Shown: positions 18,540 through 29,163, counted from the first letter of the stretch. The stretch: DNA of 64,000 nt from Myxococcales bacterium (GCA_020633295.1 JACKDW010000006.1:334181-398180); one strand, 5' to 3'. Translations and numbers: made by a program. Notes: generated by a model not told the origin, from the letters alone.

Positions 18540-18767
18540 ATGACCGCAACAAAACTGATCGAGCTGGCCGCCCGTCGCTTCGGCGCCGACCCCCGCCAGC
18601 TCAAGCCCGCAGACGACATGTTCGAGACGCTCGGCATCGACAGCTTCCAGGCCGCCGACCTGATGACCGAGGTCGAGCTCGAGTTCGACGTCGAGATCCC
18701 CGACTACGAGCTGCAGGGCATCAAGACGTTCCAGGCGCTGGCAGACAAGATCGACGCGAGGCGCTGA
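18540..18767 (+). CDS. Acyl carrier protein (dedicated, non-FAS)
   Basis: 75-aa four-helix ACP-like protein with LGIDSFQAADL (phosphopantetheine-attachment Ser in a DSF variant of DSL). Confidence 0.7.
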   Translation: MTATKLIELAARRFGADPRQLKPADDMFETLGIDSFQAADLMTEVELEFDVEIPDYELQGIKTFQALADKIDARR

Positions 18768-20503
18768 TGCTCGACTTCTCCCGCCTGCCGTCCATCGGCG
18801 CCGCCCTGCGCGACTCGACCGTCGCGTACAAGAGCCACGTCGCGCTGATCGAGGCCGACCGTCACCGCGAGAACGGGCGCTGGACCTACCGCGAATTTCG
18901 CGACGAGTCCGAGCGCTTCGCCGCGCTGCTCGCCCGCCGCGGCGTCGAGCCGGGCGATCGCTGCGCGATCCTGATGCAGAACCAGGCCAAGTGGCTGATC
19001 AGCGCCACGGGCGCGATGTGGACGGGCTGCGCGCTCGTGCCGCTCGACTACAAGCTGACCGCGCGCGAGCAGCTCGAGCTGATCGGCCTGTGCCGCCCGC
19101 GGGTGCTCGTCACCGAGTACCACAGCTGGCATCAGCTCTGCCGCGAGGAGCAGCGCCACGTCCTCGAGCGCACGCTCGTGCTCGTCACCGAGCCGCCGCG
19201 CGACGCCGAGCTCGGGCCCGCCAGCGAGTGGCGATTGCCGGAGCGCGCAGACGACTTTCGCTACCACGAGCCGGCGCGCGACGACGTCGCGTGCATCGTC
19301 TACTCCTCCGGCACCGGCGGGCGCCCCAAGGGCTGCCAGCTGACCCACGAGGCCTACCTGTGTCAGGCCGAGGTGCTCGGCAACATGTACCCGATGGACG
19401 AAGGCGACCGGTTCTTCTCGGTCCTGCCGACCAACCACGCCATCGACTTCATGTGCGGCTTCCTGCTCCCGCTGCTCATGGGCGGCGCGGTCGTCCACCA
19501 GCGTACGCTGCGCTCGGAGTTCCTCGCGTCGACCATGCAGCGCTACGGCGTCACCCAGATCGCGCTGGTGCCTCGCCTGCTCAAGGCCATGAAGGAGAAG
19601 ATCGAGGAGAACCTCGACGACCTCCCGAAGTGGCAGCGCGCGGTCGTCGACGGGCTGATCGAGGCCAACGTCCGCGCGACCCGGCGCGCGCCCAACCACG
19701 CGCTCTCGCGCCGCCTGCTGCGGCCGATCCACGACCGCTTCGGCGGCAAGCTGCGCCTCATCGTCACCGGCGGCGCGTTCTGTGAGCGCGAGACCGCGGA
19801 GTTCTTCAACCGCCTCGGCTTCCCGCTCGCGATCGGCTACGGCCTGACCGAGGCCTGCACGGTGCTCACGCTCAACGACCTGAAGCCGTTCCGGGCCGAC
19901 AGCGTGGGCGCGCCCGTCGAGGGCGTCGAGCTCGAGCTGCGCGACAAGAACGCGGCCGGCGTCGGCGAGGTCTGGGTGCGCGCGCCGACCGTCATGAAGG
20001 GCTACCTCGATCAGCCCGAGCTGACCGAGGAGGCGATCGTCGACGGTTGGCTGCGGACCGGCGATCTCGGGGTCATCGACGCCGCCGGGCACCTCAAGCT
20101 CGTCGGGCGGGCCAAGAACATGATCGTCACCTCGGGCGGCAAGAACGTGTACCCCGAGGACATCGAGGCCGCGTTCACCGAGCTCGACGGCTGCGAGGAG
20201 CTGTGCGTGTTCGCGGCCAACTACATCTGGCCGACCGGCTCGCTCACCGGCGAGCAGCTCATCGTCGTCCTGCGCCGCAAGGCCCCCGGCCCGCGCGAGA
20301 CCGGCGAGTCGCTCGACGAGGCCATGATCGCCGATCTCCAGCGCCGCAACCGGCGGCTCTCGGACTTCAAGCGCCTGTCCGCCTTCGTGCGCTGGGACGA
20401 GGAGTTCCCCCGCACCGCCTCGCTCAAGATCAAGCGTCAGGCGCTGGCGGTGCAGCTGCGGGAGCAGCTCACGCGCGAGGAGGCGCTCCAGGAGCTCCGC
20501 TGA
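18767..20503 (+). CDS. AMP-dependent synthetase/ligase (fatty acyl-AMP / acyl-ACP or acyl-CoA ligase)
   Basis: AMP-binding signature IVYSSGTGGRPKG and YGLTE; TGDLG. Start ATG overlaps the ACP stop (TGATG). Confidence 0.85.
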   Translation: MLDFSRLPSIGAALRDSTVAYKSHVALIEADRHRENGRWTYREFRDESERFAALLARRGVEPGDRCAILMQNQAKWLISATGAMWTGCALVPLDYKLTAREQLELIGLCRPRVLVTEYHSWHQLCREEQRHVLERTLVLVTEPPRDAELGPASEWRLPERADDFRYHEPARDDVACIVYSSGTGGRPKGCQLTHEAYLCQAEVLGNMYPMDEGDRFFSVLPTNHAIDFMCGFLLPLLMGGAVVHQRTLRSEFLASTMQRYGVTQIALVPRLLKAMKEKIEENLDDLPKWQRAVVDGLIEANVRATRRAPNHALSRRLLRPIHDRFGGKLRLIVTGGAFCERETAEFFNRLGFPLAIGYGLTEACTVLTLNDLKPFRADSVGAPVEGVELELRDKNAAGVGEVWVRAPTVMKGYLDQPELTEEAIVDGWLRTGDLGVIDAAGHLKLVGRAKNMIVTSGGKNVYPEDIEAAFTELDGCEELCVFAANYIWPTGSLTGEQLIVVLRRKAPGPRETGESLDEAMIADLQRRNRRLSDFKRLSAFVRWDEEFPRTASLKIKRQALAVQLREQLTREEALQELR

Positions 20504-20597
20504 GGACAGCCGCCCCGATGCCCGCCCGGCGCGGTACCCTGGGCGCGCCACGGACGACCGCGTCTGCACGTGGTCGGCGCCACGAGGACACACGACG

Positions 20598-21539
20598 ATG
20601 GCCAACGACACCACCCGCGGAGACCGACGCTACGTCGCCATCTTCAACCCGGCCGCCGGCGGCGGGCGCTGCGGCGCGCGGGCGCCCGCGGCGATCGAGC
20701 GGCTGCGCGGCGCCGGGCTCGAGATCGAGGTGCGCGAGACCGCGGCCGCCGGCGACGGCGAGCGCATCACCCGTGAGGCGGTCCAGTCCGGCGCCCGGAA
20801 CTTCATCGCCATCGGCGGCGACGGCACCACCTACGAGATCATCAACGGGCTGTTCTCGCCGGCGTCCGGCGACGAGCTGCCGCCGCCCATCGCCGAGCCC
20901 GTCAGCGTCGGCTTCCTGCCCATGGGCACCGGCAACTCGTTCCTGCGCGACTTCAGCGACCGCGGCGCGGACTACTCGATCGACGCGCTCGCCGCGGGCG
21001 CGCGGCGCCCCTGCGACGTCATCCGCGTCCGCCACACCCGCGGCGTCCTGCACTTCATCAACATCTTCAGCATCGGCTTCGTCGCCGACGTCGCCGCGCT
21101 GCGCAACAACCGGTTCTCCGCGCTCGGCGAGTTCGGCTACATCGTCGCCGTCGTCGCCAAGGTCGCCGCGCTCGCGCCCACGCGCTTCCCGATGGCGCTC
21201 GACGACGGCCCGCGCGATCGCGCGCCGGTCACCTTCATCTCGATCAACAACAGCAAGTTCACCGGCGGCAAGATGATGATGGCGCCCGGCGCCGAGACCG
21301 GCGACGGCAAGCTCGACGTCATCCGCGTCGGCGAGATGGGCCGGCTGTCGCTGCTGGCGACCTTCCCCAAGATCTTCAAGGGCACGCACCTCGAGCACCC
21401 GGCCGTCAGCGCCGTGCAGGCCCGCGAGATCCACTTCGAACTCGAGGGCGAGCTCGACGTCATGATCGACGGCGAGATGCTGCGAATTCAGCCGACGCAC
21501 CTCGAGGTCGTCCCGGAGGCCGTGAATGTCATCGCCTGA
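20598..21539 (+). CDS. Lipid kinase, DAGK catalytic domain (YegS/sphingosine kinase-like)
   Basis: YVAIFNPAAGGG...NFIAIGGDGTTYEIINGL matches the DAGK_cat GGDG motif. Confidence 0.75.
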   Translation: MANDTTRGDRRYVAIFNPAAGGGRCGARAPAAIERLRGAGLEIEVRETAAAGDGERITREAVQSGARNFIAIGGDGTTYEIINGLFSPASGDELPPPIAEPVSVGFLPMGTGNSFLRDFSDRGADYSIDALAAGARRPCDVIRVRHTRGVLHFINIFSIGFVADVAALRNNRFSALGEFGYIVAVVAKVAALAPTRFPMALDDGPRDRAPVTFISINNSKFTGGKMMMAPGAETGDGKLDVIRVGEMGRLSLLATFPKIFKGTHLEHPAVSAVQAREIHFELEGELDVMIDGEMLRIQPTHLEVVPEAVNVIA

Positions 21540-22470
21540 ACCCGCTCCCAACCCGCCCAAGGGCCAGCCAGAGGACAAGCTCGAGGACAAGCTCGAGGAC
21601 AAGCTCGAGGACAAGCCCGCGCGAAGCCGCCCGGCGCCGCTGCCCCTGCGCGCGCTCAAGGGCGCGGTCGAGATCGCGCACTCGACCGCGGTCTGGTCCG
21701 CGTCCTTCGCCGTGATGAGCGGCGTCGTCGTGTTCGGCGGCGGGCTCAGCCCCGTCATCCCGTTCCGCAAGACCCACACCTATATCGGCGGGCCCGGGAT
21801 GGGTCTGTGCCTGCGGCTCGCCGCGCGCACGCTCGACATCACCTACCACGAGGACTTCGATCCCGAGCGTCGCGGCGTGTTCATGCAGAACCACGTCAAC
21901 CTCATGGACGCCCACGCCGCCTGCGCCGCGATCCCGCACGCGTTCTGCGGGCTGATGAACGCCTGGCAGTTCAAGATCCCCGTCTACGGGCAGATCATGC
22001 GCCTCGCCGACGGCATCGCGGTGCACCCCGGCAAGGCCGGTCGCTTCAAGCAGGTCGCCCAGGACGCGCAGGATCGCGCGGCCAAGGGCATCTCGATCCT
22101 CGCCTTCCCCGAGGCCCACCGCACGCGCACCGGCGACGTCCAGCCGTTCAAGCGCGGCGTGTTCTTCATGGCCCGCGACGCCGGCCTGCCGATCATCCCG
22201 CTGTGCACGCACGGGATGTTCAACCTGATGCGCAAGGGCTCGATGCGGATCCGCCGCTCGCACGTCAAGATCTTCGTCGGCCCGCAGATCGAGACCAAGG
22301 GGCTGAACAAGGGGCAGCTCTCCGAGCTGATCACGCGCACCCACGCGGTCGTCGCGAGCTTCTCGGAGACCGGACAGGTGCCCCAGGACGCCGTGCGTCG
22401 CCTCCAGCGGCTCCGCGAGGACATCCCCGGGGGCGAGTCGTCGCGCGACGGAGACCGCGACGTCGGCTAG
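21526..22470 (+). CDS. 1-acyl-sn-glycerol-3-phosphate acyltransferase family (PlsC/AGPAT), with N-terminal (EDKL)x4 repeat
   Basis: HxxxxD motif HVNLMD. FPEAHRT (motif III, FPEGTR-like). Overlaps the kinase gene by 14 nt. Confidence 0.75.
   Translation: MSSPEPAPNPPKGQPEDKLEDKLEDKLEDKPARSRPAPLPLRALKGAVEIAHSTAVWSASFAVMSGVVVFGGGLSPVIPFRKTHTYIGGPGMGLCLRLAARTLDITYHEDFDPERRGVFMQNHVNLMDAHAACAAIPHAFCGLMNAWQFKIPVYGQIMRLADGIAVHPGKAGRFKQVAQDAQDRAAKGISILAFPEAHRTRTGDVQPFKRGVFFMARDAGLPIIPLCTHGMFNLMRKGSMRIRRSHVKIFVGPQIETKGLNKGQLSELITRTHAVVASFSETGQVPQDAVRRLQRLREDIPGGESSRDGDRDVG
21571..21618. repeat. 12-bp tandem repeat gaggacaagctc x4 (encodes EDKL x4)
   Basis: Read directly from the sequence. Confidence 0.8.
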
Positions 22471-22493
22471 CTCGCCGCGCTCAGCCGCGCTGC

Positions 22494-22865
22494 TCAGCCG
22501 CGCTGCTCAGCCGCCGCGCGCTCGCGCTCCAGGATCACGCACGAGGCCGCGAGCGCCTCGAGAATCGCGTTCACCCGCGCGTTCGCGTTGGCGACCGGGC
22601 CGCGCTTGGCGTCCTTCTCGAGCGCCGCGCACAATTCGACGACCGTCTTGACGCCGACGTTCGCCGAGCTGCCCTTGAGCCTGTGCGCGGCGTTCCCGAG
22701 CTTGGCCCAGTCCCCCGACGCGACCGCGTCGCGGAGGTTCTTGGAGTCGACCTCGCTCTCCTCGAGGTAGGCGCCGACGATCTCGACGACGAGACTCGGC
22801 TCGCCCGGCATCGAGTATTCGTCCAGCTCGCGCAGCGAGCTGAGGTCCACGACCACGTTCGGCAT
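22494..22865 (-). CDS. Histidine phosphotransfer (Hpt) domain protein, stand-alone
   Basis: AHRLKGSSANVGV contains the phospho-accepting His in the canonical HxxKG context. Start taken at MPNVVVDL. Confidence 0.65.
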   Translation of the reverse strand: MPNVVVDLSSLRELDEYSMPGEPSLVVEIVGAYLEESEVDSKNLRDAVASGDWAKLGNAAHRLKGSSANVGVKTVVELCAALEKDAKRGPVANANARVNAILEALAASCVILERERAAAEQRG

Positions 22866-23225
22866 CCGGCCCCCTCCAATCGAAGATACCACCGGGCTCG
22901 CGCGTGAAGCCAGCGACCCGGGGTCGCGCGCGTGAGAACCCGCGGCCCGCCTCGCCGCGCGCGATGAAACCCGACCGCGCGCGGCCTCGCCTGTCCCGCG
23001 CGCGACGCCGTGTCGCGCCGCGCTGGGCGGAGACGCCCGCTCGCCCGCGCACGCGCGTCGCGAGCTCGCCGATCGCTCGCCGTCACCGTCGCCCTCTCGT
23101 CGTCACGACGCGCGCGGTCGCGCCTCGAGCCCGTGAAACCGGGCGGTTTTCGCCTCAGTCATATCGATGTCGCGCGGGTGGTACACGGGATCCCGAGGCA
23201 CACACCGCGCCGACGGAGAGGACCG

Positions 23226-24119
<894 letters not shown>

Positions 24120-24135
24120 ACCGGAGGACACGTCG

Positions 24136-27100
24136 ATGTTCCGCGAGTTCTTCCGCTTCGAAAGCGGGTTCCGGTTCCGGAGCCTGATGTTCTGGATCTT
24201 CTCCCTGCTGTTCTTCGGCCTCACGCTGCTGGTGACCGGCTGGGACGAGACCTTCCTGCCGGGCGCCGGCGGCAAGATCGCGCGCAACGCCCCGTTCGCG
24301 ATCTCGATCTTCTTCATTATTATCAGCCAGCTCGGGATGTTCGTCGCGGCGGCCTTCGTCGCCAACTCGGTCAGCCGCGACGACGCGCTCAAGACCGACT
24401 CGCTGTTCTTCTCGAGCCCCGTCAGCCGCCACGGCTACCTCGCCGGGCGCTTCCTGGGCTCGCTCTTGCCGGCGATCGTGATCGTCGTGTTCGCGGCGCT
24501 GGGCCACATGCTCGGCTCGATCGGCCCGCTGCACCCGCCCGAGAAGCTCGTCCCGATCACGCTCGGGCCCTACGCGGCCGCGATCGGGCTGTTCGTGATC
24601 CCCAACTTCTTCGTCATGGGCGCGCTCGCGTTCACGCTCGCTACCCTGACGCGCCGGGTGCTCAACGCGTACATCGGGCTCATCGTCGTGTTCGTGCTCG
24701 TGTTCCTGGCCGACAGCGCGCTCAGCGATCTCGACTACCGGACCACGCTCGCGCTCATCGATCCCTTCGGCGGCACCGCGTGGAGCTACGTCACCAAGTA
24801 CTGGACGGTCGCCGAGAAGAACACGCAGGTCGTGCTGCTCGACAGCTACCTGCTGCTCAACCGCGCGATCTGGATCGGCGTCGGCGTCGCGCTGCTCGCG
24901 TTCACGCACGCGCGCTTCCGCATGCAGATCGCCGGCGGCGGCAAGCGCCGCAAGCCGCCCGCGCCCGAGGTCACCGAGGCGCCGAGCCGCGCGGCCAACG
25001 TGCCGGTGCCGAAGGCCGCGCTCGACTTCTCGGCGCGCGCCCAGCTCGCGCAGCTGCTGAGCCAGACCTGGCTCGAGCTGCGCTGGGTCACGCGCCGCAT
25101 CGGCTTCGTCGTGCTCGTCGGCTTCGGCATGTTCAACGTGCTCGCCGGCGTCTACCTGCAGAGCCGTCAGGCCTACGCCACGCCGATCTGGCCGGTCACG
25201 CGCTTCGTGCTCGAGACCGTCAGCGGCGGCTTCAGCGTGTTCCTGCTCGCGATCATCACGGTCTACTCGGGGCAGATGGTCTGGCGCGAGCGCGAGGCCA
25301 AGATGGGCCAGATCTTCGACGCGACGCCGATCCCGACCTGGATCCCGCTCGCGTCCAAGGTCTTCGCGCTGATGCTCGCGGTCGTCGTGCTGCTGCTCGC
25401 GAGCATGGTCGCGGGCGTCTCCTACCAGCTCGCCAGCGGCTTCCTCGAGGTCGAGTTCGGGCTGTTCCTCAAGGGCCTGCTGCTCATCCAGTTCCCCGGC
25501 TGGGCCGAGCTGGTCGTGCTCGCGTTCGCCGTCCAGGTGCTGGTCAACCACAAGTACCTCGGGTTCGGCGTGATGGTCCTGTACTACATCGCGCTGGCGA
25601 TCCTCCCGAACGTCGGCGTCGAGCACAACCTGCTGCTGTTCGGGCAGACGCCGCCGGCGCCGTACTCGGACATGAACGACTACGGGCACTTCCTGACGCC
25701 GTTCTTCTGGTTCAACCTCTACTGGCTGTGCGCGATCGCGATCCTCGGGCTCGTCTCGAGCCTGTTCTGGGTGCGCGGCACCGACACGCGCTTCCGCCTG
25801 CGCGCCCGCGAGGCCCGGCGCCGCGTGACGCCGGCCCACAGCGTGTTCCTGATGACGATGGTCACCTGCTTCATCGGCAGCGGCGCGTACATCTACTACA
25901 ACACCAACGTCCTCAACACGTTCAAGACCAGCGACCAGCAGGAGCAGGAGCAGGTCGACTTCGAGCGCAAGTACAAGAAGTACGAGGACGCCCCGCAGCC
26001 GCGCCTGACCGCGGTCAAGCTCGACGTCGACATCTACCCGGACCAGCGCTACGTGCACGCGCGCGGCACGATGACGCTGGTCAACAAGACCGACGCGCCG
26101 ATCGCCGAGCTCCACCTGATCATCGACCCGGAGATCGAGCTGCTCTCGCTCAGCGTGCCCGAGTCCGCGCGCACGCTCCACGACGAGGCGCTCGGCTTCT
26201 CGATCTACGCGCTGCCCGAGCCGCTCGCGCCCGGGCAGACGCTGCCGCTCGAGTTCGAGACCAAGCGTCACAACCGCGGCTTCACCAACGGGCGCGGCAA
26301 CATCAACGTCGTGCACAACGGCACCTTCTTCCACGGCGGCGAGATCGTGCCGAGCGTCGGCTACAACCGCGACTTCGAGATCGCCGACGACGAGAAGCGC
26401 CGCGAGTATGACCTCCCCGAGCGCCCGCGCATGCTCCCGGTCGACGACATGGCCGCGCGGATGAACACCTACATCTCGACGGAGGCCGACTGGATCGACT
26501 TCGAGACCACGGTCAGCACCGTCGCCGACCAGGTCGCGATCGCGCCGGGCTACCTGCAGAAAGAGTGGACCGAGGACGGGCGGCGCTACTTCCACTACAA
26601 GATGGACGCGCCGATCCTGAACCTCTACGGGTTCCTCTCAGCGCGCTTCACCGTCGTGCGCGACAGCTGGAAGGACGTCTCGATCGAGGTCTACCACCAC
26701 GCGCCGCACGACTACAACGTCGAGAAGATGATCCAGTCGGTCAAGGACTCGCTCGAGTACTACACCGCGAACTTCAGCCCCTACCAGCACCGGCAGGTGC
26801 GGATCATCGAGTTCCCGCGCTACCGCAACTTCGCGCAGTCGCTGCCCAACACGATCCCCTACTCCGAGGGCATCGGCTTCATCGCCAAGCTCGTCGACCC
26901 CGACGACATCGACTACGTGTACTACGTCACCGCCCACGAGATCGCGCACCAGTGGTGGGCGCACCAGGTCATCGGCGGCAACGTCCAGGGCAGCACGCTG
27001 CTGGTCGAGAGCATGGCGCAGTACTCCGCGCTGATGGTGATGGAGCAGAAGTACGGGCGCGACAAGATGAAGCGCTTCCTGCGTCACGAGCTCGACTCGT

Positions 27101-27729
27101 ACCTGCGCGCCCGCGGCGGCGAGCGGATCAAGGAGAACTCGCTGATGCTCAACGAGAACCAGCAGTACCTCCACTACAACAAGGGCAGCGTCGTCCTGTA
27201 CGCGCTGCGCGAGTACATCGGCGAGGACGTGCTCAACGCGGCGCTCGCCAGGTTCATCGAGGCGCACAAGTTCGAGCGGCCGCCGTTCACGACCGCGGTC
27301 GAGTTCGTCGACGCGCTCGAGGCCGCGACCCCGGCGGACCGCAAGTACATCATCGACGACTGGTTCCGGACCATCACGCTGTACGACAACAAGGTCACGT
27401 CCGCGCGCGCCGAGCCGCTCGGCGACGACCGCTACAAGGTCACGCTCGAGATCGAGTCCCGCAAGCTCCGCTCGGACGGCCTCGGCGAGGAGCAGGAGAT
27501 CCCGCTGCACGAGGGCGGCGAGCGCGTCGAGCTCGGCGTGCTCGGCCCCGACGACGCGGACGGCGACGAGACCGTGCTGTACCGCGGCTTCCACACGATC
27601 ACGGGGCCGTCGTCGACCTTCGAGCTCGAGGTCCGCGGCGAGCCCAAGAAGGCCGGCGTCGACCCGATGGTGCTGCTGATCGACCGCAACCCGGACGACA
27701 ACGTGAAGCCGGTCGAGCTGATCAAGTAG
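24136..27729 (+). CDS. ABC-2-type permease fused to a C-terminal M1-family zinc metallopeptidase domain (1197 aa)
   Basis: N-terminal ~600 aa has 10 or more TM helices. C-terminal HEIAHQWW...(X19)...E gluzincin motif (HExxH + E). No GAMEN exopeptidase motif recognised. Confidence 0.8.
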   Translation: MFREFFRFESGFRFRSLMFWIFSLLFFGLTLLVTGWDETFLPGAGGKIARNAPFAISIFFIIISQLGMFVAAAFVANSVSRDDALKTDSLFFSSPVSRHGYLAGRFLGSLLPAIVIVVFAALGHMLGSIGPLHPPEKLVPITLGPYAAAIGLFVIPNFFVMGALAFTLATLTRRVLNAYIGLIVVFVLVFLADSALSDLDYRTTLALIDPFGGTAWSYVTKYWTVAEKNTQVVLLDSYLLLNRAIWIGVGVALLAFTHARFRMQIAGGGKRRKPPAPEVTEAPSRAANVPVPKAALDFSARAQLAQLLSQTWLELRWVTRRIGFVVLVGFGMFNVLAGVYLQSRQAYATPIWPVTRFVLETVSGGFSVFLLAIITVYSGQMVWREREAKMGQIFDATPIPTWIPLASKVFALMLAVVVLLLASMVAGVSYQLASGFLEVEFGLFLKGLLLIQFPGWAELVVLAFAVQVLVNHKYLGFGVMVLYYIALAILPNVGVEHNLLLFGQTPPAPYSDMNDYGHFLTPFFWFNLYWLCAIAILGLVSSLFWVRGTDTRFRLRAREARRRVTPAHSVFLMTMVTCFIGSGAYIYYNTNVLNTFKTSDQQEQEQVDFERKYKKYEDAPQPRLTAVKLDVDIYPDQRYVHARGTMTLVNKTDAPIAELHLIIDPEIELLSLSVPESARTLHDEALGFSIYALPEPLAPGQTLPLEFETKRHNRGFTNGRGNINVVHNGTFFHGGEIVPSVGYNRDFEIADDEKRREYDLPERPRMLPVDDMAARMNTYISTEADWIDFETTVSTVADQVAIAPGYLQKEWTEDGRRYFHYKMDAPILNLYGFLSARFTVVRDSWKDVSIEVYHHAPHDYNVEKMIQSVKDSLEYYTANFSPYQHRQVRIIEFPRYRNFAQSLPNTIPYSEGIGFIAKLVDPDDIDYVYYVTAHEIAHQWWAHQVIGGNVQGSTLLVESMAQYSALMVMEQKYGRDKMKRFLRHELDSYLRARGGERIKENSLMLNENQQYLHYNKGSVVLYALREYIGEDVLNAALARFIEAHKFERPPFTTAVEFVDALEAATPADRKYIIDDWFRTITLYDNKVTSARAEPLGDDRYKVTLEIESRKLRSDGLGEEQEIPLHEGGERVELGVLGPDDADGDETVLYRGFHTITGPSSTFELEVRGEPKKAGVDPMVLLIDRNPDDNVKPVELIK

Positions 27730-27758
27730 CGACGCGGTCCGCGTCGCCGCGACGACGA

Positions 27759-27794
27759 AAGAGACACCGCCTCCGACCGGAGGCGGTGTCTCTT
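27759..27794. terminator. Perfect 16-bp-stem hairpin between convergent genes (probable bidirectional terminator)
   Basis: aagagacaccgcctcc-gacc-ggaggcggtgtctctt, flanked by a short T/A run. Lies between the stop at 27729 (+) and the stop at 27817 (-). Confidence 0.5.
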
Positions 27795-27816
27795 CTTGGT
27801 GGACGAGCGCGACGGG

Positions 27817-28179
27817 CTACGCGTCGCGCTTCTCGTCGCTGGCCGACTCGCCGGCGCCCTCGTCCGCGGCGCCCTCGCCCGCGTCAGCGCCCTCGGCCGG
27901 CGCCTCGCCGGGCTGCTTGCCGCCGGCCTTGAGATCGCCGAGGAGCTTCTGGAAGGCGGTGCGCGTCTCGTTGAGCATCTCGCCGGCGCGCGAGTAGGCG
28001 CCCTCGCCGATCTGCTCGATCTCGTGCTCGATCTTGCGCAGCTGCGGCTCGTACTCCTGCCAGCGCTTGCGCGCCTCCATACCGCCGAGGTTGATCTTCA
28101 GCTTGATCTCGTCACGCAGCCGCTTGGCGTCGGTGAGGCTGTCTTGGAACTTCTTACGGACATCATCGGTGATCGACAT
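27817..28179 (-). CDS. Hypothetical coiled-coil protein with acidic Gly/Ala/Glu-rich C-terminal tail
   Basis: 120-aa ORF. Heptad-like KRLRDEIKLKINLGGMEARKRWQEYEPQLRKIEHEIEQ. GC3-rich. Confidence 0.5.
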   Translation of the reverse strand: MSITDDVRKKFQDSLTDAKRLRDEIKLKINLGGMEARKRWQEYEPQLRKIEHEIEQIGEGAYSRAGEMLNETRTAFQKLLGDLKAGGKQPGEAPAEGADAGEGAADEGAGESASDEKRDA

Positions 28180-28242
28180 GGACGGGACCTCTCGCGCGCG
28201 AAGGTAGCACACCGCAGCCGGCGGCTGACGGCCCGCGCGGCT

Positions 28243-29103
28243 TCACGCGCCCGGGACGAGCCCGACCTTCGGGATCGCCGACGGCATGACGCGCGGCGGC
28301 TCGTGGTCGGGGTCGCAGCGGTAGCGCGCGAAGTCGGTCCAGCCGCGCTCGCGCAGGAAGTCCTCGTCGAGCAGCGCGCGCCCGGTCAACGCGGGCGGCG
28401 GCGTCGTCAGGATCTCGAGCGCGGCGTCGGCCAGGATCTCCGGCTTGCGCCACACCTCGGGCCCGCCGATCTTGAAGTTGATCGTCGCCAGGCTCTCGAC
28501 CAGCGTCACCGGCCACAGCGCGTTGACGGAGACGCGCTGCGCCCTGACCTCCTCGGCGAGCCCGTGGGCGAGCAGCGTCATGCCGAGCTTGCTCATCATG
28601 TAGCCGGTCTTGCCGCCGAGGCCCTCAAGCTGCACCGGCGGCGAGCAGACGAGGATGTGCCCGCCGCCGCCCTCGATCATCGCCGGCAGCGCCGCCTGGG
28701 CGCACAGGAACGCGGCGCGGGCGTTGACGCCGTGCATCAGGTCAAAGCGCTTCAGCGGCGTGTCGAGCACGTCCTGCCACCACAGCGCGCCGGCGTTGTT
28801 GATCAGCGCGTCGATCCGCCCGAACCGCTGGAGCGTCTTGTCGACCATCGCGCGCACGTCGTCCTCGCTGCGCACGTCGACCCGCACCGGCAGCGCGTCG
28901 CCGCCGGCGCGGCGGATCTCCTCCGCGACGGTGTGGATCGTCCCCGGGAGCTCCGGGCGCGCGTTCACGGTCTTGGCCGCGACGACGATCCGCGCCCCCT
29001 CGCGCGCGAAGGTGAGCGCCATGCAGCGGCCGATCCCGCGGCTCGCTCCGGTGATGATCACGACCTTGTCCTGCAGTCGCCCTGCTGTCATGCGCGCGAG
29101 CAT
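28243..29103 (-). CDS. Short-chain dehydrogenase/reductase (SDR) family oxidoreductase
   Basis: TGASRGIG cofactor motif, NNAG, and catalytic YMMSK (YxxxK). Confidence 0.85.
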   Translation of the reverse strand: MLARMTAGRLQDKVVIITGASRGIGRCMALTFAREGARIVVAAKTVNARPELPGTIHTVAEEIRRAGGDALPVRVDVRSEDDVRAMVDKTLQRFGRIDALINNAGALWWQDVLDTPLKRFDLMHGVNARAAFLCAQAALPAMIEGGGGHILVCSPPVQLEGLGGKTGYMMSKLGMTLLAHGLAEEVRAQRVSVNALWPVTLVESLATINFKIGGPEVWRKPEILADAALEILTTPPPALTGRALLDEDFLRERGWTDFARYRCDPDHEPPRVMPSAIPKVGLVPGA

Positions 29104-29163
29104 ACCCGAGCGCGTCGCCGGGCCGCGGGGGCGCGCGCGCGCGCCCGCCCGCCCGCAGCGATC

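Noticed and set aside
16128-20614. 510-aa and 636-aa minus-strand ORFs inside the lipid operon
   Set aside because: Antisense to well-supported plus-strand genes with translational coupling. Composition artefacts.
21571-22520. CRISPR-like arrays among the short tandem repeats (EDKL repeat, 13-bp repeat, hexanucleotide microsatellites)
   Set aside because: Units are 6-15 bp, contiguous without spacers, and mostly in-frame coding. Not CRISPR.
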